This document shows positions 28,549-37,798 of a DNA stretch of 64,000 nucleotides, one piece after another. The DNA is taken from assembly GCA_045106895.1 (NCBI GenBank), contig JBGCFM010000046.1, positions 32,001-96,000 on the forward strand. Reading direction: 5' to 3'. A program made the translations under genes and the position numbers. This stretch comes from Polyangiales bacterium (GTDB lineage: Bacteria; Myxococcota_A; Polyangia; Polyangiales; Houyiibacteriaceae). The notes under the pieces were generated by a model. That model saw only the letters and a list, made by a program, of their open reading frames with translations, did not search any database and was not told the DNA's origin. Each line of letters starts with the position of its first letter. Position 1 is the stretch's first letter.

Positions 28549-29577
28549 TCAGTACAGAACGCCGTCGACGGGCGCTTCGGCGTCCGGGATCTCGTCTTCA
28601 TTTAGGAGCTGGCGTAGGTCGCGCTCGATGACGACGCACAGGGCGTTCATGGGAACATCGTTCATGCTCCGCTCGAAGGGATCTTCGCTCGCGTCGCCGA
28701 GGCCCTCCATCGTCAAGAAGACCCAGCCGACGAGGGCCGAAGCGACGACGTAGGTAAAGAGCCATGGCCACGCGCCCGTCGCCGGCCATTCAGCAGGGAG
28801 GCGCTCGCTGAATACATCGAGGAGCCCGAAGGGCACCGTGAAGACGAACGCACGCGTGAACACCCGACTGTACTCTGCATAGAGACGCGGAAGCGGCGTC
28901 TTCTTGATGCGCTCGGCTTTGCCTTGAAGCGTGTAGAGCTCGCGGAGAATCGCCATCATATCGATCTGATGAAAGAGATCGAGGGAGCCTTCCTTGACCA
29001 TCTTCGCCAGGGCTTTGCCTTGTTGGCTGACGAGATGAGTGGCGCCGTTGGCTTTCGCCTCGAGGTCGTCGAGTTCGTCTGCCGGGACGAAAGGCGAGAG
29101 CTCCTTGCGCCAGTCGTTGCGCATATGGTCCTTGTGACGAATCAGCCGCTCTCGCGTCGCCCTATGGGGCTTGTCGTGAAAGCGTGAGGTGCTTCGAAGC
29201 TGAACACGAAGCGCGTTGATCCAAGCGAGCTGCCGGTAGATGAGGGCGCGCCGAACTTCGTGGGCCGTCTCGCTTTCATCCCCGGGCAGCACATAGGAGA
29301 CGACGGCGTTGGCCCAACTTCGGCTCTCGTTGACGACCCCTCCCCAGATCTTTCGGCCTTCCCAAAAGCGGTCATAGGCGGAGTTGTTCTTGAACCCAGC
29401 GTAGAAGCTGACGGCGATGCCCATCACGGAGAGCGGGGTAAAAGGAATGCGCATCCACTCGAAACCGGCGATGGCGTAGAGGCCGTAAACCGCCAGCGAC
29501 CAGGATCCAACGATGACGACGTTCCGTACGGCGAAGCGCAAGACGTTGCTTACCGGCAAACGACGAGTGTGAAGCAT
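28549..29577 (-). CDS. Bestrophin family channel
   Basis: FKNNSAYDRFWEGRKIWG, ERIKKTPLP and EDPF..ND. Confidence 0.92.
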   Translation of the reverse strand: MLHTRRLPVSNVLRFAVRNVVIVGSWSLAVYGLYAIAGFEWMRIPFTPLSVMGIAVSFYAGFKNNSAYDRFWEGRKIWGGVVNESRSWANAVVSYVLPGDESETAHEVRRALIYRQLAWINALRVQLRSTSRFHDKPHRATRERLIRHKDHMRNDWRKELSPFVPADELDDLEAKANGATHLVSQQGKALAKMVKEGSLDLFHQIDMMAILRELYTLQGKAERIKKTPLPRLYAEYSRVFTRAFVFTVPFGLLDVFSERLPAEWPATGAWPWLFTYVVASALVGWVFLTMEGLGDASEDPFERSMNDVPMNALCVVIERDLRQLLNEDEIPDAEAPVDGVLY

Positions 29578-29676
29578 CGGCGGAAGCTACCTCACCTGGC
29601 GTCAGATTCCAGTAGCCATGAAGCCCAAGCGGCTTGTTTCAAACGCGCGATCCTGAGAGATTAGGCTGGCCCTCCC

Positions 29677-30507
29677 GTGAAGAGATTTGACCGTAAGTTT
29701 GGCGAGAACTTCGTCTCGGAGCTGCCCACGCAGCCGGCGGTGTACCTGTACAAAGACGAAGCAGGCGAGGTGATCTACGTCGGAAAAGCGAAGAACGTCC
29801 GACGTCGCCTCGGCAACTATCGCAACGCGTCGCGAAAAAGGGTTCACCGGAAGATGCGTGAAATCGTCAAGGCCGCCTCGACGCTCGAGGTCAGGCTCCA
29901 GCCCAGTGAAGAAGAGGCGCTCGTGGTGGAGGGGCGCCTCATCCGCCGCCTCAAACCAACGTTCAACGTCGCGGGTAAGTACTCGTTTCTCTATCCAGCG
30001 ATCGGCCTCGTTCGAACGACGACGGACACACGTCTGTGCTTCGCGACCGACACGGAGGCCTGGAGCGGGCATTCGTTTGAGTGGTATGGGACCTTCTCGT
30101 CGCGACCTCGGGCCAAAGAAGCCTTCGACGTCCTCATCGAAACTCTCGCGCTCGTAGGGCACCTCGAGAAGACGTCTAGCCTCGGTCCTCTGCCGGATGT
30201 GGTCGGGTCACGCATTGCGGGCGTACGCCGCCTCGCCAAACCTGTCTTTGTGGCGTTGGAGCTTTACTTGGCGGGGCGCTCACCTCGTCTCCTCAGTCTC
30301 CTCGCCGTTGCGCTCTTGGAGAAACCACGGGCGAGGCGAGAGGCTTCTTGGGTTCAGGCGCTGCTTCGGCACCTTCGAGACTTCTACGAGGGAGACCTCG
30401 CGCCGCTTCGGGCAGCACTCGAGCGTTCCGGAGACGAGGGGAGCTTTGTTCCCCAAGACGAACGTGACACTCTCTTCATCCGCCACGGCACACAAACGTC
30501 TATGTAG
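29677..30507 (+). CDS. GIY-YIG nuclease domain protein (UvrC/Cho N-terminal-like)
   Basis: LPTQPAVYLY..VIYVGKAKNVRRRL..EALVVE..KPTFN. Confidence 0.88.
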   Translation: MKRFDRKFGENFVSELPTQPAVYLYKDEAGEVIYVGKAKNVRRRLGNYRNASRKRVHRKMREIVKAASTLEVRLQPSEEEALVVEGRLIRRLKPTFNVAGKYSFLYPAIGLVRTTTDTRLCFATDTEAWSGHSFEWYGTFSSRPRAKEAFDVLIETLALVGHLEKTSSLGPLPDVVGSRIAGVRRLAKPVFVALELYLAGRSPRLLSLLAVALLEKPRARREASWVQALLRHLRDFYEGDLAPLRAALERSGDEGSFVPQDERDTLFIRHGTQTSM

Positions 30508-30554
30508 CGGGGCTCTCTTTGACCTCCGTAGTCCTGCCGGGCTATGTGGACGCC

Positions 30555-31622
30555 ATGCGCAGCGCCGAAGCCAAAGTTGTATTCCCCTTCGTCTCCGTCC
30601 TCAGCCTCCTGGCCTTGGGCGCTTGCAGTGAATCGACCATCGTCGCCGACGGCGGTGCGCTCGACGCGGCCGCAGCGGATACGAGCACCGGAGATATCGT
30701 TTCCGTCGACGGAGGCGGCTCGGATAGCGGTCCACGAGATGCCGGCCCCGTCGGCGCAGACACCGGCCCGGTGGCGGACAGCGGCGCCCTCGACGTTCCC
30801 GTAGTGGGTGAGGGTGCGCCCAACGTGCCCGGCCCCTATGCCGTCACCACGCAAGCGGGCATGGCCGGCGACACGCCCGTCAGCATCTGTATTCCTGGTG
30901 GTGTTCGTGCCCCCCTCGTCATCTTCGCACCAGGCTTTATGATCGCCTCGACGTTCTACGAGCCGACGTGTCAGCGCCTCGCGAGCCATGGCTTCATCGT
31001 CGTCCGCGCCGACCCGCCTTCGGGCTTCACGACGTCTCATGACGCCATGCGAGACTCCCTCGTCGGCGTCCTCAACTGGGCCCTCAGCGAGTCACCTTTC
31101 GTTGCGCAGGTCGATCCAGGTCGTATCCTCATGAGCGGGCACAGCCTCGGCGGGAAGCTCGCGACGATGGTCGCGTCACAGGACGCTCGCGTGACGGCGC
31201 TCTTCGGCATCGACCCCGTGGACGGAGGCTTCGGCGCCCCGGACGTCGTTCCTTCTCTCGCCGCTGGCTTGACGATTCCCGTGGGATTCGCCGGGGAGAC
31301 CACGAATGCAGCTGGCGGCTTCATGCCTTGCGCTCCCGCGGCGGAGAACTTTCAGCAGTTCTATGCAGCGACGACGAGCGCCCCTTGGGCAGCGCAGTGG
31401 GACTTTAGCGGCGCCGACCACATGGACTTCGTCTCGGCACCGGCGGGCTGCAGCTTCTGTGGCGTTTGCCCTGCGGGAAGCGCCGATCCGGCCAGCGTCG
31501 TTGAAGGGATGCACACGCTCATCGTCGCCTTTGCGCGTCGTCATTTGAGCGACGACGTGACGATGGAGCCATGGCTCGTCGGCGCTCAGGTGCCGACGGG
31601 CGTCGTCGTCACGTCTCGCTAA
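30555..31622 (+). CDS. Lipoprotein alpha/beta hydrolase (chlorophyllase/cutinase-like)
   Basis: Lipobox LGAC; LASHGF, GHSLGG nucleophile elbow, DPVD and HMDF. Confidence 0.85.
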   Translation: MRSAEAKVVFPFVSVLSLLALGACSESTIVADGGALDAAAADTSTGDIVSVDGGGSDSGPRDAGPVGADTGPVADSGALDVPVVGEGAPNVPGPYAVTTQAGMAGDTPVSICIPGGVRAPLVIFAPGFMIASTFYEPTCQRLASHGFIVVRADPPSGFTTSHDAMRDSLVGVLNWALSESPFVAQVDPGRILMSGHSLGGKLATMVASQDARVTALFGIDPVDGGFGAPDVVPSLAAGLTIPVGFAGETTNAAGGFMPCAPAAENFQQFYAATTSAPWAAQWDFSGADHMDFVSAPAGCSFCGVCPAGSADPASVVEGMHTLIVAFARRHLSDDVTMEPWLVGAQVPTGVVVTSR

Positions 31623-31666
31623 CGTCCAAGTCTCGACGTTCTTCGGCGCGGCCCTAGAACTCCCCG

Positions 31667-32698
31667 ATGAGCATGTACGAAGGTCTCCGCCGGGAGCGAG
31701 TGGTGGCGTCGGCCCAGTTTGACGGCCAGAGGTTCCGCAATGCGCCCCGCGCCGCGTCGGGGGAAGCTGTGGCCAAACCCAACCCTGCGCCGGTGATGCG
31801 CGAGTACTTCTTTGGCGGCGGTGAGCGGGTGCCGAAGTCCCCATTGCCCATCGTCCGGCCCCACGATGCCTGGAGCGTCGCGCCAAGCAGCAAGCTGCGG
31901 GTCACCTGGCTCGGGCACTCGACGGTGCTTCTTGAGATCGACGGCTTCCGCGTGCTCACCGACCCCGTGTTTGGTCTTCGCGCTTCACCGGTCTCCTTCG
32001 CCGGGCCCAAACGTTTTCACCCAGTGCCCGCCACTGTCGACGAGCTACCAGAACTCGACGCGGTGCTGCTCTCCCATGACCACTATGACCACCTCTGCGC
32101 GCCCACCATTCATGCGCTCGCGGCGATGACGATGCCCATCGTGACCTCCCTCGGCGTCGGCGCCCGGCTCGAGTCTATGGGCGTCGCCGCGGAGCGCATC
32201 CATGAGCTCGACTGGGGAGAGGAAGTCGACATTCGAGGCCTTCGCTTTCACGCGACTCCTTGCCAACACTTCTCCGGCCGCACCGCCTTCGACCGAAACA
32301 AAACACTCTGGTCGTCGTGGGTCATTCGCGGTGCGGACACGAAAGTCTTTTTCTCCGGGGACACTGGGCTCACGGACCAGTTTCAGGACATCGGCACCAC
32401 CCATGGTCCCTTCGACCTCGTGATGCTCGAGATCGGTGCCTTTCACGAGGCGTGGGGGGACATGCACCTAGGGCCCGACAACGCACTCAAGGCATTCTCG
32501 ATGCTCGGTGGCGGCACGCTGCTTCCTGTTCACTGGGGTACGTTCAACCTGGCGCTGCACGACTGGCACCAGCCCGCGGAGACGCTCTTGTCCCTCGCGC
32601 GCGGGCAGGGCGCACGCGTCCTCACGCCGAAACTTGGTCAGGTGTTTGCGCCGAGCGAGGTGGATGGGGCGACGCCCTGGTGGCGTGAGCTCACCTAA
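31667..32698 (+). CDS. MBL-fold metallohydrolase (NAPE-PLD/RomA-like)
   Basis: WLGHST, LTDPVF, SHDHYDH, HFSGR, GDTG and PVHWGTF. Confidence 0.92.
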   Translation: MSMYEGLRRERVVASAQFDGQRFRNAPRAASGEAVAKPNPAPVMREYFFGGGERVPKSPLPIVRPHDAWSVAPSSKLRVTWLGHSTVLLEIDGFRVLTDPVFGLRASPVSFAGPKRFHPVPATVDELPELDAVLLSHDHYDHLCAPTIHALAAMTMPIVTSLGVGARLESMGVAAERIHELDWGEEVDIRGLRFHATPCQHFSGRTAFDRNKTLWSSWVIRGADTKVFFSGDTGLTDQFQDIGTTHGPFDLVMLEIGAFHEAWGDMHLGPDNALKAFSMLGGGTLLPVHWGTFNLALHDWHQPAETLLSLARGQGARVLTPKLGQVFAPSEVDGATPWWRELT

Positions 32699-32737
32699 GG
32701 GCGAGGATCGCTCACCGCTCAGTGGTATAACCTGGGC

Positions 32738-33514
32738 ATGACGCCCGAAGACCTCCAAGAAGTCTGGTCTGACTTAGACCGCGACCACCTCGCCGGCATC
32801 ACGCGAGGAGGACCCGAGCCGGTCTTCGCGAGCATCAGCGGCGCGCACCTCTACGGCTTCGCGTCGCCGGACAGCGATGTCGATCTCCGCGGCGCGTTTC
32901 TTTTGCCCGCCAAAGACATCCTCGGTCTCCGGCCTTCCGCCGAGACCATTACCCTCGACGACACCACCACCATCGAACTCGATTGGGTCGCTCACGACGT
33001 TCGCAAATTCGCGCGGCTGATGACCAACCACAACGGCTACGTCCTGGAGCAGCTCTATTCGCCCCTCGTCGTGCTCACGACGCCGGCCCACGAAGAGCTC
33101 ATGGAGCTCGGCAAAGGATGCATCACGCGTCCCACGATTCGTCACTACCGCGGGTTCGCCCGCGGTCGCCGAAAACGCCTCGCGGAGCCGAAGGCCACCG
33201 TCAAGCATCTGCTCTACGCCTACCGCGTCTACCTCACCGGCATCCATATGATGCGCACGGGCGAAGTGGTGTCGCATATTCGCGTGCTCAATGAACACTT
33301 TCAGCTGCCGCAGATTCAAGAGCTCGTCGCGCGCAAACGAGGAGGCGCCGAGAAGATGCCCCTCGACCCCAAGGAGATGAGCGCCCACGAAGCCTACCTC
33401 GACGCCCTCGAATCGGAGCTTCAAGCGGCGCACGATACAAGCTCTTTGCCGCTCGAGCCCACGACGACGGACGCCCTCGAAGACTTCGTTGTGCGCCTTC
33501 GCCTTCATTCCTAG
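32738..33514 (+). CDS. Nucleotidyltransferase, RlaP/YcgL-like (DNA pol beta superfamily)
   Basis: SGAHLYGFASPDSDVDLRG, NGYVLE and KHLLYAYR. Confidence 0.88.
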   Translation: MTPEDLQEVWSDLDRDHLAGITRGGPEPVFASISGAHLYGFASPDSDVDLRGAFLLPAKDILGLRPSAETITLDDTTTIELDWVAHDVRKFARLMTNHNGYVLEQLYSPLVVLTTPAHEELMELGKGCITRPTIRHYRGFARGRRKRLAEPKATVKHLLYAYRVYLTGIHMMRTGEVVSHIRVLNEHFQLPQIQELVARKRGGAEKMPLDPKEMSAHEAYLDALESELQAAHDTSSLPLEPTTTDALEDFVVRLRLHS

Positions 33515-33519
33515 GAGCG

Positions 33520-34407
33520 GTGCGCGTGAACTGGAGCCAGGCGACCCTCGCGCATCTCTCGCTCCTCGTGTGTCTGGGGGGGTGCGCAGGCCCGCGTCCG
33601 GCGGTGCTGGCGCCGGTCACATTGCCCGAGCCCCCATCGAGCGAGCGCGCAACAAGCGATATCGCACGAGAGCCCATTCTTGCCGGAGAGCAGTCCTTTA
33701 CTCTCGTTCTCGAAGCTGAGTCCGAGTTTGCGGCGACGGACGCTGAGAATATGGTGGCGCATCTCGTGTCCTTTGGCGCCGCGGCGCGCGCGCGTGACGT
33801 GGGCTCCAGGAGTATCACCCTCGACGTCTCTCAGGCCCTCGACGCACAAGCCGTGCTCGTTGCCCTCCGGCCCGTGAACCTACGCGCGTCGTTGGTCTTG
33901 GACATCACGAGCGTGGGCCAGGCGGCGGTCGAACTGGGGACGTTGCCCGGGCGGCGCGTCGTCGGCGAGAGCCTCGTGGGCGAATGCTCAGACCTGGAGG
34001 TGTACAACCACACGAACGTCGCTTCGTGTTTTCTGATGTTGGAGCGCGCCGGCTCCGGCGAGCCATGTCACCTGCATTGTCTGAGCCGCGAAGTTGTGCT
34101 CACGTCCGGCGACGTACGGGAAGCAAGTGTGGAACAACAAGACTACGGGCTCGCCGTCACCGTTGTTCTCACCGAGGAGGCTGCGCGACGGTTCGGTGAC
34201 TTCAGTGGCGCGCACGTCGGGCAGCGCCTCGCCATTGCCACCGACGAAGAAGTCCTTACGGCGCCGGTGATTCGGAGCCGCATCGACGGAGGACACATTC
34301 AGATCTCTTTGGGCACTGGCGATACGCGGCCCTACGCGGAACGTTTGGCGGCCGGGTTACGTCCCGCGGCCGTGCGAACGCCGTGGCGCCTCCTTCGCAT
34401 CGAGTGA
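33520..34407 (+). CDS. Lipoprotein with SecDF P1-head-like domain
   Basis: Lipobox LGGC; C-terminal DVREA..RRFGDFS..VGQRLAI..APVI..I.GG.IQIS; no SecD TM segments. Confidence 0.7.
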   Translation: MRVNWSQATLAHLSLLVCLGGCAGPRPAVLAPVTLPEPPSSERATSDIAREPILAGEQSFTLVLEAESEFAATDAENMVAHLVSFGAAARARDVGSRSITLDVSQALDAQAVLVALRPVNLRASLVLDITSVGQAAVELGTLPGRRVVGESLVGECSDLEVYNHTNVASCFLMLERAGSGEPCHLHCLSREVVLTSGDVREASVEQQDYGLAVTVVLTEEAARRFGDFSGAHVGQRLAIATDEEVLTAPVIRSRIDGGHIQISLGTGDTRPYAERLAAGLRPAAVRTPWRLLRIE

Positions 34408-34426
34408 ACCGGAAGCCTCCTGCAAA

Positions 34427-35566
34427 ATGAACTTCGACCTCAAAGACGCAACAATCTTCCTCACCCTCGCAGGGAGCCAAGCGCACGGCACCGCGCGCGA
34501 AGGCTCCGACGTCGATCTCCGCGGCGTCTGCATCGCACCCCGTGACGAGCGCCTGTCTCTGTTCCGCACGTTTGAGCAGCACGACGGGGGCTTGCCCACG
34601 TCCCTTGAGGACGACGTGCTGCCACGCCTTCGTCATCACCCGACGGCGCACAAGGGGCTCGATGAGAAGATCGAGTGCGTCATCTTCGACATCGCGAAGT
34701 TTCTGCGGCTCCTCGCCAACGCCAACCCCAGCGCCCTCGAGGTTCTCTTCGCCGACGAACAGGACTGGGCCCTCGAGACCCCGGAGTGGCGCACGCTTCA
34801 CGCGCAGCGTCACATCTTCCTCACCATGAAGGTGCAGCAGACGTTCCAGGGCTATGCCATGGCGCAGCTCAAGAAGATTCGCACGCACCGCGCCTGGCTC
34901 TTGGACCCGCCCAAGGCAAAACCCGAGCGCGGTGACTTCGCGCTGCCCATCGCCGGCGGCACCCTGAACCGCGACGACCAGAACCGCATCGAGCAGAGCA
35001 TCGCGGACAAAGTGCGCAGCTATGGCGTCGACGATATCGAGATGCCCAAGGCGAGCCGCATCGCCGTGAGCGAGCGACTCGGCGCGTTCTACGGCGACGT
35101 CCTTGGCGCGGAAGCTTCCGGTGAGTCCGAAGTTGAAGAACGCATGCGCGCCGTCGCGACGCACGCGCTTTCGTTGCCGCCGGAAGTCGCCAAGGCGCTG
35201 AACGCGGAGAAAAAGTACCGCGCCGCGATGAAACACTGGGAGGCTTATCGCGCCTGGAAACTTGGGCGCAACGCCGCTCGGGCGAAGCTTGAAGCCGAGC
35301 ATGGCTACGACACCAAACACGCCATGCACCTGATTCGTTTGATGCGCATGGGGCACGAAGTGCTTGTGAGTGGTGAGTTGCGAGTCCGCCGCGCGGATCA
35401 CAAAGAGCTCTCCGAGATTCGCGACGGGTCGCTCTCTTATGACGCGCTCCTTGAAGAAGCGACGCGGCTTCAGGAGGCGATGAAGGTCGCGGCGGCGGCG
35501 GCGAAGCTCCCCCGTGGCGTGGACCCAGCGCAGGTCGACGCGCTGGCGCTCTCTCTTATGCGCTGA
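34427..35566 (+). CDS. Nucleotidyltransferase, RlaP-like (DNA pol beta superfamily)
   Basis: GSQAHG..SDVDLRG, ANPSALE, GYAMAQLKK and YDTKHAMHLIRL. Confidence 0.9.
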   Translation: MNFDLKDATIFLTLAGSQAHGTAREGSDVDLRGVCIAPRDERLSLFRTFEQHDGGLPTSLEDDVLPRLRHHPTAHKGLDEKIECVIFDIAKFLRLLANANPSALEVLFADEQDWALETPEWRTLHAQRHIFLTMKVQQTFQGYAMAQLKKIRTHRAWLLDPPKAKPERGDFALPIAGGTLNRDDQNRIEQSIADKVRSYGVDDIEMPKASRIAVSERLGAFYGDVLGAEASGESEVEERMRAVATHALSLPPEVAKALNAEKKYRAAMKHWEAYRAWKLGRNAARAKLEAEHGYDTKHAMHLIRLMRMGHEVLVSGELRVRRADHKELSEIRDGSLSYDALLEEATRLQEAMKVAAAAAKLPRGVDPAQVDALALSLMR

Positions 35567-35574
35567 CACCGTCC

Positions 35575-35865
35575 ACTCGTCGAGACGTGTTCGCGCGGCC
35601 TGGGTCAGCCAGCATAGCTCCCACTTGTCCGTCGCGATCTGGCGCAGTCGTTGTTTTGCTCGCTCACTCGGCGGGACGTGCAGTGTTGCCCAAAGACGAG
35701 TGTCGAAGCCTCTGCGTCACAGCGGTGGAGCGCCGCGCTGCCGGGTCGTTCTTGTCGACCAGGAGGGCGGGAAGTGCTGCCACGTTGTTCGTTTCCCGGG
35801 GCCGCGAGATAGCCGCGTCCTTGGCCACGTTGGAGCTGCCCCAAGGTCGTGTGCGGCGATGTGTA
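35575..35865 (-). pseudogene. Internally deleted remnant of a paralogue of the HEAT-repeat gene at 36370-37755
   Basis: Frames shift between SPHTTLGQLQRGQGRGYLAA/RETNNVAAL (N-terminus), LVDKND (middle) and TRLWATLHV..RAKQRL..D.WE..AARTRL (C-terminus). Confidence 0.8.
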
Positions 35866-35886
35866 TGAGATTTACTTCGCGTTCAC

Positions 35887-36366
35887 CTACTGAACCCGCC
35901 GAACCTGCGCGCGCCGCCTCGCCCGCTCTGCCTGGCCGCTCCCAGGAAGTTCGCCGAAGGAAACGTCGCAGCAGACGAGCACATCATTGACGAGTTCGCG
36001 CACCTCGGCGCGTCGAAGGTAGCTGGTGGCCCCACAGCGGCATACGCGGGCCGGCGTCGATAGACTCGCCCCGACTGGCCCCGACCTCAGAGCCACGACG
36101 AGATCGATGCGCTCGACGCTGGGCGCGCGTTTCGCGGACAACGACTTCCCGCAGCTGACGCATCGAAGCGAACGACTCCACCAGCGGCGGTCCTTCGCTC
36201 GGGCCCCGAAGGCAGCGTTCATCAAGGCGACGGCGTTCGGCATGGGGGCGCGGCGCACGGCGGCTCGCAACGACTTAGGAACGCGGAGCTGGCTCTCGCC
36301 GCGAGCGTAGATTTCGTCGTCTTCGGCAGGGCGAAACACATCCGCTATGGTGCATGCCTTCGGCAC
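35887..36366 (-). CDS. Hypothetical protein with possible Zn-ribbon (CxxC...CxC)
   Basis: CVSCG..VCRCG; fills the gap downstream of the HEAT gene on the same strand. Confidence 0.45.
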   Translation of the reverse strand: MPKACTIADVFRPAEDDEIYARGESQLRVPKSLRAAVRRAPMPNAVALMNAAFGARAKDRRWWSRSLRCVSCGKSLSAKRAPSVERIDLVVALRSGPVGASLSTPARVCRCGATSYLRRAEVRELVNDVLVCCDVSFGELPGSGQAERARRRAQVRRVQ

Positions 36367-36369
36367 GCC

Positions 36370-37755
36370 TTACAAATCACGCGAATCACGCGCCGCGAGT
36401 CGCTTCGTCGCCGCTTTTCGGACGTAGCCCCATTCGAACTCGTCCGCGGCCATTTCGTCGAGGCGTTCTCTGGCCCGCCTGCCACGCACATGCTCCGTCG
36501 CCCAAAGTCGCGTGCCCTCGTCACTGTCGAAGAGGGCATCCGGCGCCAGCTCGATGGCTTCCGCCGGCGCGCAGATATGAAGCGCACGGATGAGATGCTG
36601 CCGGACGTATGCGTAAGGAACGGCCAGGAACGTTTGTCGAAGTGTATCCGCTGATTCCACGTTTCCGATGGCGCCGAGGGCCTCCGCGACGCTGCTCACG
36701 CGATAGAGATGGTCCTTGTCGAGAAGAGTATGCAGCTCGCCTTCCAGCGCCTCGCGGTCTTCGGCCTCGGCATGCCGCGCGAAGATTCCCGCAGCGGCGA
36801 CGCCGGCCAGGTTCAGTCGCCCTTGAAAGCGCCGCGCGACGGGAAGGGTGTGCTCGGCGGGAAGTGCAGCGAGGTACCTCAGAATTTCCGTGCGAACCAA
36901 CGGTGGCGGGTCGCCTTGAACGCTTTCGGTGCAGCTCTGGATGAGACTTGGGTTATGTTGCTCTGCCAGGACCATCAGCGCCGTGCGCTTCTGCGACTCC
37001 GTCCCGCTCTGTCCTGCAGAGACGAGCGCTGCAACGCTCGCAGCGTCTCGGCGCTGTTTCAGAACATTGCTCACTCGGACCTGGTTCTCGCGGCACACGA
37101 TGGAGAGCAGGGTCACCGTCGACATCGAGGTGTCCGGCTTCGGCGCCGCTTCACGCCGCGCCTTCGAATGCGCCGGGCCCATATCTTGACGCAGCAAGGG
37201 CTTCAGCCGCGGCTCAAGTTCTGCCCACATTTGCCATGTTGAGTCGCGCCAGACGAGCTGTCGCAAGTCGTCGTGAACCATCAGCGCCGAGAGGTCGGCC
37301 TTGTTGACGAGGGGCTTGTCCGAGTCCATCTGCGCGAAGCTCAAAGCCCGCGCCGCCGCCCGCCAGTTGGGCGAGCGAAGGGCTGCCCGGAGTGCGTCAA
37401 AGGCGCCCGTGACGCCGCGCTTGCCAAGCTCGACGAGCACCCCTGCCGTCAGGTTGAGTTCGTCGTCGTGGTCGCCAAAGGAGACGTCGAAGCGTGCGGC
37501 GATGGCACGGATGTCGACCTCAAGCTCCATCGCGAGGCGCGCGTAATATATGTCGCGCCGTTCGAGCTGACGATCCCAGCGCGGGTCGCGGTGAATGCAA
37601 TGCAGCAGCGCATCCACGTCGTTGCTTTCTCGCGCTGCGAGGTACCCGCGGCCTTGCCCGCGCTGGAGCTGCCCCAGCACCGTATTCGGTGAGGATAGCT
37701 CGTTTCTTTCGAGCTTCACTCGCACCGGACTAGTCGCTGCGGCTGGCGTTGTCAT
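36370..37755 (-). CDS. HEAT-repeat/alpha-solenoid protein
   Basis: LGQLQRGQG..HCIHRDPRWDRQLE..YYARL N-terminus; HEAT-like helical repeats (AEALGAIG, YVRQHLIRAL, LFDSDEGTR). Confidence 0.78.
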   Translation of the reverse strand: MTTPAAATSPVRVKLERNELSSPNTVLGQLQRGQGRGYLAARESNDVDALLHCIHRDPRWDRQLERRDIYYARLAMELEVDIRAIAARFDVSFGDHDDELNLTAGVLVELGKRGVTGAFDALRAALRSPNWRAAARALSFAQMDSDKPLVNKADLSALMVHDDLRQLVWRDSTWQMWAELEPRLKPLLRQDMGPAHSKARREAAPKPDTSMSTVTLLSIVCRENQVRVSNVLKQRRDAASVAALVSAGQSGTESQKRTALMVLAEQHNPSLIQSCTESVQGDPPPLVRTEILRYLAALPAEHTLPVARRFQGRLNLAGVAAAGIFARHAEAEDREALEGELHTLLDKDHLYRVSSVAEALGAIGNVESADTLRQTFLAVPYAYVRQHLIRALHICAPAEAIELAPDALFDSDEGTRLWATEHVRGRRARERLDEMAADEFEWGYVRKAATKRLAARDSRDL

Positions 37756-37798
37756 GCCTCGCGTGGACCCTCGCTCCGTTGGCGCGTAGAAACACACG

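Noticed and set aside
29677..30507. GIY-YIG as a homing endonuclease or mobile element
   Set aside because: It is UvrC-N-like and free-standing, with no intron, intein or terminal repeats apparent.
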